From: an uncultured Acidobacteriota bacterium
GTDB lineage: Bacteria > Acidobacteriota > Thermoanaerobaculia > Multivoradales > JAHEKO01
Length of the DNA stretch: 64,000 nucleotides
Assembly: GCA_963713825.1 (NCBI GenBank)
Contig: CAVQNG010000001.1
Coordinates: 160,001 to 224,000, forward strand
Direction of reading: 5' to 3'
Positions 28,409 through 37,790 of this stretch are shown piece by piece. Position numbers and translations under genes: made by a program. The notes beneath the pieces are model-generated. The model did no database searches. It worked only from the letters and a program-made list of their open reading frames with translations, and was not told the origin of the DNA. Position 1 is the first letter of the stretch. Each line of letters begins with the position of its first letter.

Positions 28409-29281
28409 ATGAGCGACATACGCATTGGAGTCATAGGAGGAAGCGGCCTTTATTCCATGGAGGGCCTGACGGTGGAGGAGGAGCGAGTGGTGGAGACGCC
28501 CTTCGGTGAGCCCTCCGATGCCTTCATTCTCGGAGATCTCGATGGTACGGGGGTCGCCTTTTTGGCCCGACACGGCAGGGGACACCGCTTGTTGCCTTCC
28601 GAGCTCAACTACAGAGCGAACATCTATGGATTCAAACTGCTCGGTGTAGAGCGTCTACTCTCGGTGAGTGCTGTCGGATCGATGAAGACCGAGTATCGTC
28701 CAACTGATATCGTCGTGCCCGATCAGTTCTTCGATCGCACGCGCCATCGAGCCGACACCTTTTTTGGGGACGGTCTCGTGGCCCATGTCTCCTTGGCGAA
28801 TCCAGTGTGCCCGGAATTGGCCGAGCTCTACTTCGAGTGCGCCAAGGAAGCTGGAGCGCGAAGCCATGGCGGGGGAACATATCTCTGCATGGAGGGACCT
28901 CAGTTCTCGACTCGTGCCGAGTCCGAGATCTACCGGCAATGGGGCGTGGACGTCATCGGGATGACCAATCTGCAGGAAGCCAAGCTGTCGCGAGAGGCGG
29001 AGATCTGCTATTCGACACTGGCGATGGTGACGGACTACGACTGCTGGCACGAGGAGGAGGAGGACGTCAACGGCCAGGCGGTCATGGAGGTCGTTCAGCA
29101 GAACGCCGCTACCGCGCAAGATGTGGTCCGGAGGGTCATTCGCAGGGTGCCGAGCGAGCGCACTTGCGGGTGCGCCGTGGCCCTGCAAAATGCGCTGATC
29201 ACCGAGTCGAGTCTGATCCCCCTCGAAACCAGGCAGCGGCTGGACCCAATCGTCGGCAAATACCTGGCCTCGAAAGACTGA
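28409..29281 (+). CDS. mtnP: S-methyl-5'-thioadenosine phosphorylase
   Basis: [45 protein letters not shown] (6-aminopurine-type Asp). Confidence 0.94.
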   Translation: MSDIRIGVIGGSGLYSMEGLTVEEERVVETPFGEPSDAFILGDLDGTGVAFLARHGRGHRLLPSELNYRANIYGFKLLGVERLLSVSAVGSMKTEYRPTDIVVPDQFFDRTRHRADTFFGDGLVAHVSLANPVCPELAELYFECAKEAGARSHGGGTYLCMEGPQFSTRAESEIYRQWGVDVIGMTNLQEAKLSREAEICYSTLAMVTDYDCWHEEEEDVNGQAVMEVVQQNAATAQDVVRRVIRRVPSERTCGCAVALQNALITESSLIPLETRQRLDPIVGKYLASKD

Positions 29282-29286
29282 TATCG

Positions 29287-30054
29287 ATGGCCAGAATCCT
29301 GATCACCAACGACGATGGCGTCTTTTCGGAAGGCCTCAAGCTGCTGGCTGAGGCCCTCGGCGAGATCGCTGAGATTACCGTGGTGGCGCCCGACCGGGAG
29401 CAGAGTGCTACGGGGCACTCCTTGACCCTTCACCGTCCACTGCGGATGCAACAATTGCAGGAGAATTTCTTCTCGGTCGATGGAACGCCGACCGATTGCG
29501 TCAATCTCGGCGTGCTTTGGTTGATGAAGGACTCACCGCCGGATCTGGTGGCATCGGGGATCAACTTCGGCTGCAACATGGGAGACGACGTGACCTACTC
29601 GGGGACTGTCAGCGCGACCTTCGAGGGTACCTTGCTGGGCATTCCCTCGGTCGCTTTCAGTCAGGAGGTGGGCGAAGAATTCTCCTTCGAGAGGGCAGCC
29701 AAGTTCGCCCAACGCTTCACGGAGGTACTCCTGAAGGAGACCCTGCCGGAGGACCTGTTGCTGAATGTCAACATTCCGGCCGAGGCACCCTGTGGCGTGG
29801 AGCTCACTCGACTCGGGAAACGGAAGTACAAGCAGGTTGTCGTCGAGAAGGAAGACCCGCGAGGAAGGAAGTACTTCTGGATTGCCGGTACCCCCGAGTG
29901 GCAGAGAGAGGACGGCACCGACCATGCGGCGTTGTCGGCCGGCCAGGTGTCGGTGACGCCGCTCCACCTGGACCTGACGGATTATCGCGGCCTCGAATCC
30001 TACAACGAGCTGCGTCATCATTTCGACGGTTTGACCGAGGACCTCGACCGTTGA
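29287..30054 (+). CDS. surE: 5'/3'-nucleotidase SurE
   Basis: ILITNDDG, VAPDREQS, GTPTDCV, SGIN.G.N.G.DV.YSGT. Confidence 0.96.
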   Translation: MARILITNDDGVFSEGLKLLAEALGEIAEITVVAPDREQSATGHSLTLHRPLRMQQLQENFFSVDGTPTDCVNLGVLWLMKDSPPDLVASGINFGCNMGDDVTYSGTVSATFEGTLLGIPSVAFSQEVGEEFSFERAAKFAQRFTEVLLKETLPEDLLLNVNIPAEAPCGVELTRLGKRKYKQVVVEKEDPRGRKYFWIAGTPEWQREDGTDHAALSAGQVSVTPLHLDLTDYRGLESYNELRHHFDGLTEDLDR

Positions 30055-30701
30055 AGCACGAGCTCACCTATCAGAGAGACCGGATGGTGCGGCTGGTTGA
30101 GGCGCGAGGTGTGCGCGACGCCCGGGTGCTGGGCGCCATGCGTGAGATTCCCCGGCACATGTTCGTGCCGGAGCACATGAAAACGCAGGCCTATGGCGAC
30201 CACGCACTGCCGATCGGCGCCAAACAGACGATCTCACAGCCGTACGTAGTTGCTCGTATGACCGAGCTTCTCAAAGTCGAGTCGGGTCATTCGGTACTCG
30301 AGGTTGGGACCGGGTCCGGGTATCAAACGGCCATTCTCTCGAAGTTGGCAAGACGCGTCTTCAGTCTCGAGCGCATCTCGGACCTGGCGCATCATGCCAT
30401 CGATCGAATGCGACAATTGGGCCTCGAGAATGTCAAAATCCAGACTTTCGATGGCACGGTGGGGTGGAGCGACATGGCCCCGTTCGATCGCATTCTCGTC
30501 ACCGCTGGAGCGCCGAAAGCCCCGCAGCCATTGCTCGAGCAACTGCGCCCAGGTGGACTCCTGCTCATTCCGGAGGGAGGGCGCGATGAACAAAGGCTGG
30601 TTGTGTATCGCAAGCTGCGGCAGGGCGTGCGCCGATCGGAAGGTGAGAGCGTGATGTTCGTGCCCTTGTTGGGACGCCACGGATGGGAAAAGGAGGAATA
30701 G
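30051..30701 (+). CDS. pcm: protein-L-isoaspartate O-methyltransferase
   Basis: PRH.FV, QTISQP, LEVGTGSGYQTA, APFDRILVTAG, FVPL; TTG start overlapping the surE stop (start uncertain). Confidence 0.95.
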   Translation: MKHELTYQRDRMVRLVEARGVRDARVLGAMREIPRHMFVPEHMKTQAYGDHALPIGAKQTISQPYVVARMTELLKVESGHSVLEVGTGSGYQTAILSKLARRVFSLERISDLAHHAIDRMRQLGLENVKIQTFDGTVGWSDMAPFDRILVTAGAPKAPQPLLEQLRPGGLLLIPEGGRDEQRLVVYRKLRQGVRRSEGESVMFVPLLGRHGWEKEE

Positions 30702-31346
30702 GTGAGTCTTCTCAGGGACCTTTGGCACGATCTGCATGGCCTGCTGAGTCAGCTCCTGCATTGGGTGGAGGCCTTCGCCGCCACCTCCTATGGAGGCTGG
30801 GCGCTTTTCGGACTGGCTTTTCTGGAGAGCAGCATTTTTCCTGTGCCGCCCGATGTCCTGTTGATCGCATTGTGCCTCGGCAGACCCGATCTGTCTTTCT
30901 GGTTCGCGGCGATCTGCGCCCTCGGCTCGGTGCTGGGTGGGATTGCGGGCTATGCGCTGGGGTACTACGGGGGTCGTCCCCTGTTGCTCAAGATGTTCGA
31001 TGTGGACAAGGTGCGGGCCGTGGAGCGCTACTACGACAAGTACAACGCCTGGGCTACCGGAATTGCTGGCCTGACACCACTGCCTTACAAGCTCTTTACG
31101 ATTTCGGGAGGAGCGTTCGCGATCAACTTCAAGGTCTTCCTTGTAGCGTCTGCCATCTCCCGTACGGCTCGTTTCATGATGGTCGCCGGTTTGATCTACG
31201 TACTGGGAGAGACCGCCAAGACCTTCATCGAGAAGTACCTCAATGTTCTGACCATCGCCTTTGTGGTGCTGCTGGTCTTGGGATTCTGGTTGATCGGTCG
31301 ATCGGCGACCAAGGCCGGCAACAGCACCGAGAGCAACGCAGGTTGA
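30702..31346 (+). CDS. YqaA/DedA (VTT domain) membrane protein
   Basis: ESSIFPVPPD, GSVLGG..GY, TPLPYK.FTI, SR.ARF. Confidence 0.9.
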   Translation: MSLLRDLWHDLHGLLSQLLHWVEAFAATSYGGWALFGLAFLESSIFPVPPDVLLIALCLGRPDLSFWFAAICALGSVLGGIAGYALGYYGGRPLLLKMFDVDKVRAVERYYDKYNAWATGIAGLTPLPYKLFTISGGAFAINFKVFLVASAISRTARFMMVAGLIYVLGETAKTFIEKYLNVLTIAFVVLLVLGFWLIGRSATKAGNSTESNAG

Positions 31347-31403
31347 AGCCTCGAATGGCACCGAGCGGCGCCAACTGAAGACAGGAATCGGAGAACAGGT
31401 ACC

Positions 31404-31919
31404 ATGGATCAGCTCAAGTCATACATCCGAGAAGTACCGGATTTCCCGAAGCCAGGGATTCTCTACTACGACATCACAACGCTGCTCGAAAACGCCCATG
31501 CCTTGCGCATGACGATCGATCAGTTTGTCTGGCTGTTTGCTGACTTGCACGTCGACAAGGTCGTCGGCATTGAATCTCGCGGTTTCATGTTCGGCTCGAT
31601 CGTGGCCTACAATCTCAACGCCGGCTTCGTGCCAATGCGCAAGCCGGGAAAGCTACCGGCGCACACTGTCGAGCAGACCTATGAGCTGGAGTATGGCGAA
31701 GACCGGCTCGAGATGCACAGCGATGGGATCGCTCCCGGAGAGCGGGTACTCATCGTCGACGACCTGATCGCGATCGGCGGCACAGCGGCGGCAGCCGCCC
31801 AACTCGTGGAGACAGTCGGTGGCGAAGTCGTGGGTTTGGGCTTTGTCGTCGAGTTGGGATTTCTCGAGGGGCGCAAAAAATTGGAGGGATATTCGGTTGA
31901 GTCCCTCATCAAGTACTAG
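31404..31919 (+). CDS. apt: adenine phosphoribosyltransferase
   Basis: PDFPKPGI.Y.DIT, ESRGF, RKPGKLP, YELEYG, VDDL.A.GGT. Confidence 0.95.
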   Translation: MDQLKSYIREVPDFPKPGILYYDITTLLENAHALRMTIDQFVWLFADLHVDKVVGIESRGFMFGSIVAYNLNAGFVPMRKPGKLPAHTVEQTYELEYGEDRLEMHSDGIAPGERVLIVDDLIAIGGTAAAAAQLVETVGGEVVGLGFVVELGFLEGRKKLEGYSVESLIKY

Positions 31920-31939
31920 ACGGATCGCCGCTTCCAGTG

Positions 31940-31968
31940 TGGCCAGCGAGTAGAAGAGTGCGTATAAT
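31940..31968 (+). promoter_or_regulatory. sigma70-type promoter of tRNA-Arg
   Basis: TGGCCA-17 nt-TATAAT, 13 nt upstream of the tRNA. Confidence 0.65.
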
Positions 31969-31981
31969 CTGGCGTTCGTCG

Positions 31982-32058
31982 GCGGCTGTAGCTCAGCTGG
32001 ATAGAGCTGGGGCTTCCTAAGCCCTGAGTCGGGGGTTCGAGTCCTCCCAGCCGCACCA
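31982..32058 (+). tRNA. tRNA-Arg(CCT)
   Basis: Cloverleaf: GCGGCTG/CAGCCGC acceptor stem, GCTC/GAGC D-arm with GGATA (A20), GGGGC-TTCCTAA-GCCCT anticodon arm, GGGGG-TTCGAGT-CCTCC T-arm, encoded CCA. Confidence 0.96.
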
Positions 32059-32107
32059 TGAGCATTCATCAGACCATGGCTCGATCCGATCCGGACGATT
32101 TTGAAAA

Positions 32108-32851
32108 ATGAACCAACGACTGACGCGAAAAGAGATCAAACGTGACCAGGTGCAGGAAACCCTGGCCGGAATCATGGAGTTTCTGCGCGAGAATCTCCGC
32201 ACCCTGCTCATGCTTGGCGGCCTGGTGTTGCTGGCCGTGGGTGCAGCTGCCGCCTACTGGAGCTATCGAGACAGCAAAGAGATCGAGGCCAGTGAACAGT
32301 TGGCCAAGGCGATTCGGATCTACTCGGCGGAAATCACCGATGCACCGGCTGCGACGGACCCGGGTGCTCCCACCTACCCAGATTCGATGAGCCGCGATGT
32401 GGAGGCTCGCAGTCAGCTGGAGCTCGTCGTCGGTGACTTCGGCAGCTCCGACGCGGCGGCAATTGCAAAGGCCTATCTCGGAGAGCTCGACGCCCGGGCC
32501 GGGGATCTGGATGGCGCTCGCCAGCTTTGGGAAGAGTTTCTAGAGTCCCATGGCAACAATATGCTGGCCTCCGAGGTGCGCTTGAACCTCATGTCCGTGG
32601 ACCGGGCTCAGGGTCGGGGTCAGGAGCTGATGACGCAGATTCGAGCCATGCTTGCAGAGGCGGAGACCGATCTGCCGAAAGATGTGCTCCTCGACCAGCT
32701 GGCCCTGACACAGCGCGAGCTCGGCCTCGACGCGGAGTCGCGACAGACCTTGCAGCAGCTGCTGGACGAATATCCCCAGTCGGTCTATGCAGCACAAGCC
32801 CGTGCCGAGCTGGGGACCAGTGCCCCGGCCAGCCCGCTGGCCGGCTTCTAG
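32108..32851 (+). CDS. TPR protein, YfgM-like (ancillary SecYEG subunit-type)
   Basis: RLTRKEIKRD N-terminus, single TM, TPR-like helices, LLDEYPQS.YA. Confidence 0.75.
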   Translation: MNQRLTRKEIKRDQVQETLAGIMEFLRENLRTLLMLGGLVLLAVGAAAAYWSYRDSKEIEASEQLAKAIRIYSAEITDAPAATDPGAPTYPDSMSRDVEARSQLELVVGDFGSSDAAAIAKAYLGELDARAGDLDGARQLWEEFLESHGNNMLASEVRLNLMSVDRAQGRGQELMTQIRAMLAEAETDLPKDVLLDQLALTQRELGLDAESRQTLQQLLDEYPQSVYAAQARAELGTSAPASPLAGF

Positions 32852-32876
32852 TGCCCAAAATGCCTCGCTCCCGACG

Positions 32877-34163
32877 GTGAGCAGTCCCTATCAAATCCTG
32901 GCCCGCAAGAGACGTGGCCTCGCCTTGGATGCCGACGATCTGGCGGCCATCGTCGCTGGCGCGAGTGACGGCAGCTGGGGTGATGGGGAACTGGCTGCCT
33001 TCTTGATGGCGGTGGCGATTCACGGACTGGCCCCGGAGGAGATCCACCGGCTTACCCTGTCGATGCTGCAGTCTGGAGACTGCTGGGACCTGGCGAGCGA
33101 TTTCCCTGGCGTTGTCGACAAGCACTCGACGGGAGGCGTAGGGGACAAGGTCTCGTTGGTACTCGCTCCTCTGATGGCGGCAGCACGAATACCGACCGCC
33201 ATGCTGACCGGTCGAGGACTAGGCCATACCGGGGGGACCGCTGACAAACTGGAGGTGGTGCCGGGTCTCGACCTCGAGCTGAGCCGGGCCAGATGTCTGG
33301 GAGCTCTGGAACAGTCGGGCATGGCGATCGGCGTCGCGACTGCGGACATCGCCCCTGCCGATCGTCGCCTGTATGCTCTTCGCGACCGAACAGCCACGGT
33401 CGACTCCCTGCCTCTGATCGTCGCCAGCATCCTGTCGAAGAAGTTGGCTACGGGGGCGGCGGCGGTGGCCTTCGATGTCAAGACGGGGGATGGCGCCTTC
33501 ATGCAGTCGTCCGACGATGCCATCGAGCTGGCTCGTCGATTGGTGGATACCTGCGCTGCTCTCGACTGTCGGGCCAGTGCGCTCGTGACCGATATGAGTC
33601 AGCCTCTTGGGGACTGGTCGGGGCACACCATGGAAGTCGCCGAGTCGTTTCGGTGCCTGGCGGGAAATGGCCCCCCGGAGGTCATGGAGGTGGTCTACGA
33701 GTTGGCTGTGGAGATGGCCAGTCTGGTCGAGAGTCCAATGAATCGAAAGGACTTCGAGGAGCTCATCTCGAGTGGGATCGCACTCGAAACGTTCGTTCGC
33801 TGGGCCACGATCCAGGGCGCCGAGCCGGAGTGGTTGGTCGCGCCAAAACTCGCGCCGGCACCCCATGAGGTGGTCTGCGAGGCGTCGCGCAGCGGATTCG
33901 TTTCTCATGTCGCAACGCGGGAGCTCGGTCTGCTTCTGGCGGAAGCCAGCCATCCCGAGGGGCCGAAGGGGCCGCTGGATGCCGAGGTAGCGCTGCGGTA
34001 CGGCACCAGATTGGGCGACTCTGTGGCGGCAGGCCAAGAGCTTGCCCGACTCTATCTCCGCGCTCCCGACCTGCGTCTCGAGGAGCGCTTCATGACCAGC
34101 TTCACGATCGCAGATGCTGGTGCTCCCCCGAGGCTGATTCGAGATCGAGTTCCTGCACCCTGA
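32877..34163 (+). CDS. pdp: thymidine/pyrimidine-nucleoside phosphorylase
   Basis: DKHSTGGVGDK, GRGLGHTGGT.DKLE, APADRRLYALRD, SILSKK, DVKTG.GAFM, TDMSQPLG. Confidence 0.93.
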   Translation: MSSPYQILARKRRGLALDADDLAAIVAGASDGSWGDGELAAFLMAVAIHGLAPEEIHRLTLSMLQSGDCWDLASDFPGVVDKHSTGGVGDKVSLVLAPLMAAARIPTAMLTGRGLGHTGGTADKLEVVPGLDLELSRARCLGALEQSGMAIGVATADIAPADRRLYALRDRTATVDSLPLIVASILSKKLATGAAAVAFDVKTGDGAFMQSSDDAIELARRLVDTCAALDCRASALVTDMSQPLGDWSGHTMEVAESFRCLAGNGPPEVMEVVYELAVEMASLVESPMNRKDFEELISSGIALETFVRWATIQGAEPEWLVAPKLAPAPHEVVCEASRSGFVSHVATRELGLLLAEASHPEGPKGPLDAEVALRYGTRLGDSVAAGQELARLYLRAPDLRLEERFMTSFTIADAGAPPRLIRDRVPAP

Positions 34164-34201
34164 GATCCCCTAGGCACCTGGGTGGTGTTCGAGTCCCGCC
34201 C

Positions 34202-35377
34202 TCAACGTGAGCTGCGGCCGAAATTGCTAGCCAGCTTGGCGAGGTCGTCGCCGTCGACAGCACCGTCGTTGTTGGTGTCTGCCAGGGAGCTGTATCGTGG
34301 CTGACCCCGTCGCGAGCCGAAACTGATACCGAGGAGGGAGAGGTCGAAACCGTCGACTCTGCAGTCGCCGTCGACATCGCCTTTGAGGGCCACGGCACCA
34401 CCGACGCTGTACTCACCCATGACGCGATTGGTGATGTTGGCCGGCGCGGCGGTGTCCTCGGATCGGACTCCGACTCGTCCGGCGCATCCGATGTCGCCCT
34501 TCTTGACCCTGTAGGTCAGCGTCACCCTCTTGCCGCTACCCGAGACGTTCGTCGGCACTTCGCGGCCGTTGATCGTGAAGTAGGTGGCCGATTTCCGAAC
34601 GGAGCTGTCGGATTCGTGCAGCTTGGCCCAGAGGAAATCGTTGGTGTTGAGGTTGGATGAGGATCCCGATTTCGAAAAGCCGCTGTTGACAGGGGCCAGG
34701 GTGTCGATCCCGAGGATCTTGTCGGCAAAGATCTCGGCCAACAGTTGGAACCCCGCGGCATTCGGGTGTCCCACCGGGTCGTTGGTGTTCTGGTAGTAGT
34801 AGTTGTTGAAGACCGAACGCCCGATATCGGTGAGGATGGCATAGGGCTCGGCGGTCGGTCTGGAGCTCGTGCCGATGTCTCGCACACCGACCACATAGTT
34901 GAAAGTAACGCGGTTGTCCGTGTCCTTGTTGGCCCAGGGCGGTCGCGGAATGATGGTGGCGTTGATCAGATCAAGGCCCCTGCCCATCACCTTGCGGCCC
35001 ATCTGGTCGAAGTCACTGACGACGCTCTCGAGCGAGTATTCACCGCTGATGATCCTGTCGATGTCATTCGTACCTTCCATCAGGATCACGGTGTCGGCCG
35101 TCGCCTCCTGCTCCAGGACGCTGTCCAAGCGGGTGAGGCCCTGCGAGACCCGCTCGCCACCCAGGCCATGATTGTGGACGATCGCGTCGGTTTGACCGTC
35201 CTCGCGCAGCAGAGTCTGTAAACGCCTCGGGTAGCCTCCCAGACCCTCCTCGTCGAAGGGCTCGGAGCCCTTGGTGATGCTGTCGCCGAAGGCGACGACC
35301 TCCTGGCCGTCAGCAGGGGACAGCAGGCCCAGAATCCCAATCAGCAGCAGGCACCCATGGCGCGTGGCCAGCCTCAT
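34202..35377 (-). CDS. secreted SGNH/GDSL hydrolase with Ig-like linker and C-terminal type I dockerin
   Basis: Signal peptide; FGDSIT, G, EGTND, GHPN blocks; duplicated Ca-loop GDVDGDCRVDGFD / ADTNNDGAVDGDD. Confidence 0.88.
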   Translation of the reverse strand: MRLATRHGCLLLIGILGLLSPADGQEVVAFGDSITKGSEPFDEEGLGGYPRRLQTLLREDGQTDAIVHNHGLGGERVSQGLTRLDSVLEQEATADTVILMEGTNDIDRIISGEYSLESVVSDFDQMGRKVMGRGLDLINATIIPRPPWANKDTDNRVTFNYVVGVRDIGTSSRPTAEPYAILTDIGRSVFNNYYYQNTNDPVGHPNAAGFQLLAEIFADKILGIDTLAPVNSGFSKSGSSSNLNTNDFLWAKLHESDSSVRKSATYFTINGREVPTNVSGSGKRVTLTYRVKKGDIGCAGRVGVRSEDTAAPANITNRVMGEYSVGGAVALKGDVDGDCRVDGFDLSLLGISFGSRRGQPRYSSLADTNNDGAVDGDDLAKLASNFGRSSR

Positions 35378-36402
35378 CGATTGGCTCCCCACTGGGCGGT
35401 CGTTTCACGGACCGAAGGAGAGCGCAGACCGACCTGGTGCGAGCTTGTCCAGGTCAGAACAGGCTTTTCGTCCCCAGGCCCAGCGACCGAGGCTCGCCGC
35501 ACGACACGTCCCGTGGCCTGAAGCTCCAGGATCGACCAGGACGCGGTCGAGGCTGAATTGAAGAGCAGAAACGTCTTTCGTCCAAAGGAGGTGAGCTGCG
35601 GATCGACGGATCCCTTGTCGCCGACGGTCTGCGGCGCCTGCCAGCGAGAGCCATCGAAGCTGGAGACGGTCAGTCGATAGTCGTTGCCGTCGAATCGACT
35701 CCAGGCGATCAAAGCGCCGTTCTGGGTTGCGACAACCTGGGGTGTGATGTCGGGCCAGGAGTTGTTGCCAGTCAGTCGTCTGGGTGCAGTCCAGGTGCTT
35801 CCCGTCTTCTTCAGGCTCCAGTAGATCTCGTCATCGTGGCCATCGAAGGCTGCCCAGGTCAGGAGCCAAGACCCATCGCTCAGTACTGTTCCCGTGAGGC
35901 CGGTCTGACTCCCTTTGATCGGAGGAGAGACGATCTCGACGGGCTTCCACTCGGACCCGGTCCAGCTGGCGGCCCTCACCGATAGGGATCCTGAGTGTTG
36001 ACCTTCAAGCCAAGCGAGTCCACTCACTTCTTCTCTGGTGACCATCAACCGTGGTTGAAGCCGCAGAGATTCGGTCTGGGAGGCGGGCTCGGGCAGGCGC
36101 TCGAGCCCAGCCGCGCCCTGTTCGAGGACGATGATCTTCTGCTTCCCCGCAGCGGTCTGGGTCCCGACTGCAGCCCAGCCGGAACGGGTCTCTGCGAAAT
36201 CTGTCAGACGTTCTTGCGATCGCAGGCGGACCTGCTTCCGACGCCCCCCAGGCTGTTCGACCGTGGCTTTTCCCTGCTCTGCAACCAGGAGCAAACCCAA
36301 CTTGTTGTTGGAGGGCTGCAGAATCTCGGAACTGTCGCCAGCCAGCGAGGTAGAGCTGATGCCGGCCAAGATCGAGAACAGTAGCAGTCGCCGAAAACCC
36401 AT
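35374..36402 (-). CDS. secreted hypothetical protein with Trp-rich beta-propeller/BNR-like repeats
   Basis: Signal peptide; repeated (L/I)(A/T)W....G..D..I...W..P units; stop overlaps the SGNH start. Confidence 0.75.
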   Translation of the reverse strand: MGFRRLLLFSILAGISSTSLAGDSSEILQPSNNKLGLLLVAEQGKATVEQPGGRRKQVRLRSQERLTDFAETRSGWAAVGTQTAAGKQKIIVLEQGAAGLERLPEPASQTESLRLQPRLMVTREEVSGLAWLEGQHSGSLSVRAASWTGSEWKPVEIVSPPIKGSQTGLTGTVLSDGSWLLTWAAFDGHDDEIYWSLKKTGSTWTAPRRLTGNNSWPDITPQVVATQNGALIAWSRFDGNDYRLTVSSFDGSRWQAPQTVGDKGSVDPQLTSFGRKTFLLFNSASTASWSILELQATGRVVRRASVAGPGDEKPVLTWTSSHQVGLRSPSVRETTAQWGANR

Positions 36403-36467
36403 GACAGGGCCGATCCTAAGCGGCCCACAGCCCGGTGTCAATTGGCAGAATCGCTCTTCAAGGAGGC

Positions 36468-36496
36468 TTGCCGAGTGGCGTTGTCGCGCCTATCAT
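36468..36496 (+). promoter_or_regulatory. sigma70 promoter, probably leaderless cinA operon
   Basis: TTGCCG-17 nt-TATCAT followed by 7 nt and the ATG at 36504. Confidence 0.6.
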
Positions 36497-36503
36497 GCAT
36501 CGC

Positions 36504-37790
36504 ATGAGGGCAGCAATTCTGGCGGTGGGCTCGGAGCTCCTGGGGCCGGATCGACTCGAGTCGAACTCCCTGTACCTGGCGCAGACCCTGCGCCGTTACG
36601 GCGTAGTCCTGGTTCGAAAGTCGATTGTCGCAGACGTGGTTGACGACATCAGGCGAGAGTTGACAGCTTTACTAGGGGATGCGGACCTGGTGCTGATCTG
36701 CGGAGGTCTGGGCCCTACGGCCGACGATGTGACTCGAGAAGGTACGGCTCTGGCAGTGGGGCGTGGGCTGGCCGAGGATGCGGCGCAGCTCGAGGTTCTG
36801 AAAGGGAAGTTCGCTCGCTTTGGAATGCGAATGGCGGACACGAATCTCAAGCAGGCCGAGGTGATCGATGGAGCCCGGGTGCTGCCCAATCCTCGCGGCT
36901 CTGCACCTGGACAGGCTCTCGAGACCGATGGGAAGTCGATCTTCCTGTTCCCAGGTGTGCCAAGAGAGTTGAGAGGGATGGCGCGATCCGAGCTGGAGCC
37001 GTGGCTGGAGGAAGAGACGGAGGGCGAAGCGGTGGAGACGCGCGTCTTGCGGATCGCCTGCGTTGGAGAATCGACGTTGGAGGAGCGAATTCTCCCGGCC
37101 TATACCGAGTTCGGCAGAGAAGCGCTTTCTGTGCTGGCCTCGGCCGGAGAGATCCAGGTCCGGGTCACGGCTACGGGTCACTCGAAAGACCGATCGGCCG
37201 CCCTGGATTCGATGACCCGACGGCTTCGGCAGCTGATCGGTGACAGCGTCTACGCGGAGGGCCAGGGATCGTCTCTCGAAAGCGTGGTCGGGAGCCTTCT
37301 GGCGGGCCGAGGAAAGACGGTTGTGACAGCCGAGTCCTGCACCGGTGGGTTGATTGCCAAGAGGTTGACGGCGGTGCCGGGAAGTAGCGGGTACTTTCTC
37401 GGAGGAGTGGTGACCTACGCGGACCGCATGAAGCGCCAGTTGTTGGAAGTACCGGCCGAGGTGCTCGAGGAACACGGTGCGGTTAGTCCGGAAGTCGTCA
37501 GTTGGATGGCGTCAGGGGCCCGGCGCTTGCTGGGGGCCGACTACGCGCTGGCCGTGAGTGGCATTGCCGGACCAGGGGGAGGAACAGACAGCAAACCGGT
37601 AGGCTTGGTCTACATCGGCCTGGCAGGTGACGGTGAGCCTGAGGTCCAGAAGCACCAGCTGCTCGGAGATCGCAAGCGGGTGCGGTGGATGGCGAGTCAG
37701 TGGTCTCTCGACCTGATGCGCCGCGAGCTTCTGCGAACCGAGGGCGGAGCAGAGCAGGTACCAGACGTTGCGGAATGGAGAGGCGAATGA
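36504..37790 (+). CDS. cinA: competence/damage-inducible protein CinA (MocF-like plus NMN deamidase PncC)
   Basis: VGSELL, GGLGPT.DD.TR, PGVPREL, AESCTGG, GAVS, SGIAGPGGG..KPVG. Confidence 0.94.
   Translation: MRAAILAVGSELLGPDRLESNSLYLAQTLRRYGVVLVRKSIVADVVDDIRRELTALLGDADLVLICGGLGPTADDVTREGTALAVGRGLAEDAAQLEVLKGKFARFGMRMADTNLKQAEVIDGARVLPNPRGSAPGQALETDGKSIFLFPGVPRELRGMARSELEPWLEEETEGEAVETRVLRIACVGESTLEERILPAYTEFGREALSVLASAGEIQVRVTATGHSKDRSAALDSMTRRLRQLIGDSVYAEGQGSSLESVVGSLLAGRGKTVVTAESCTGGLIAKRLTAVPGSSGYFLGGVVTYADRMKRQLLEVPAEVLEEHGAVSPEVVSWMASGARRLLGADYALAVSGIAGPGGGTDSKPVGLVYIGLAGDGEPEVQKHQLLGDRKRVRWMASQWSLDLMRRELLRTEGGAEQVPDVAEWRGE

Noticed and set aside
34180-34201. GGTGGTGTTCGAGTCCCGCC, a tRNA T-arm-like sequence sharing GTTCGAGTCC with tRNA-Arg
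   Set aside because: Only a 10-bp match, no integrase, and the intervening genes (YfgM-like, pdp) are core; not a credible att site and more likely a convergent-gene hairpin
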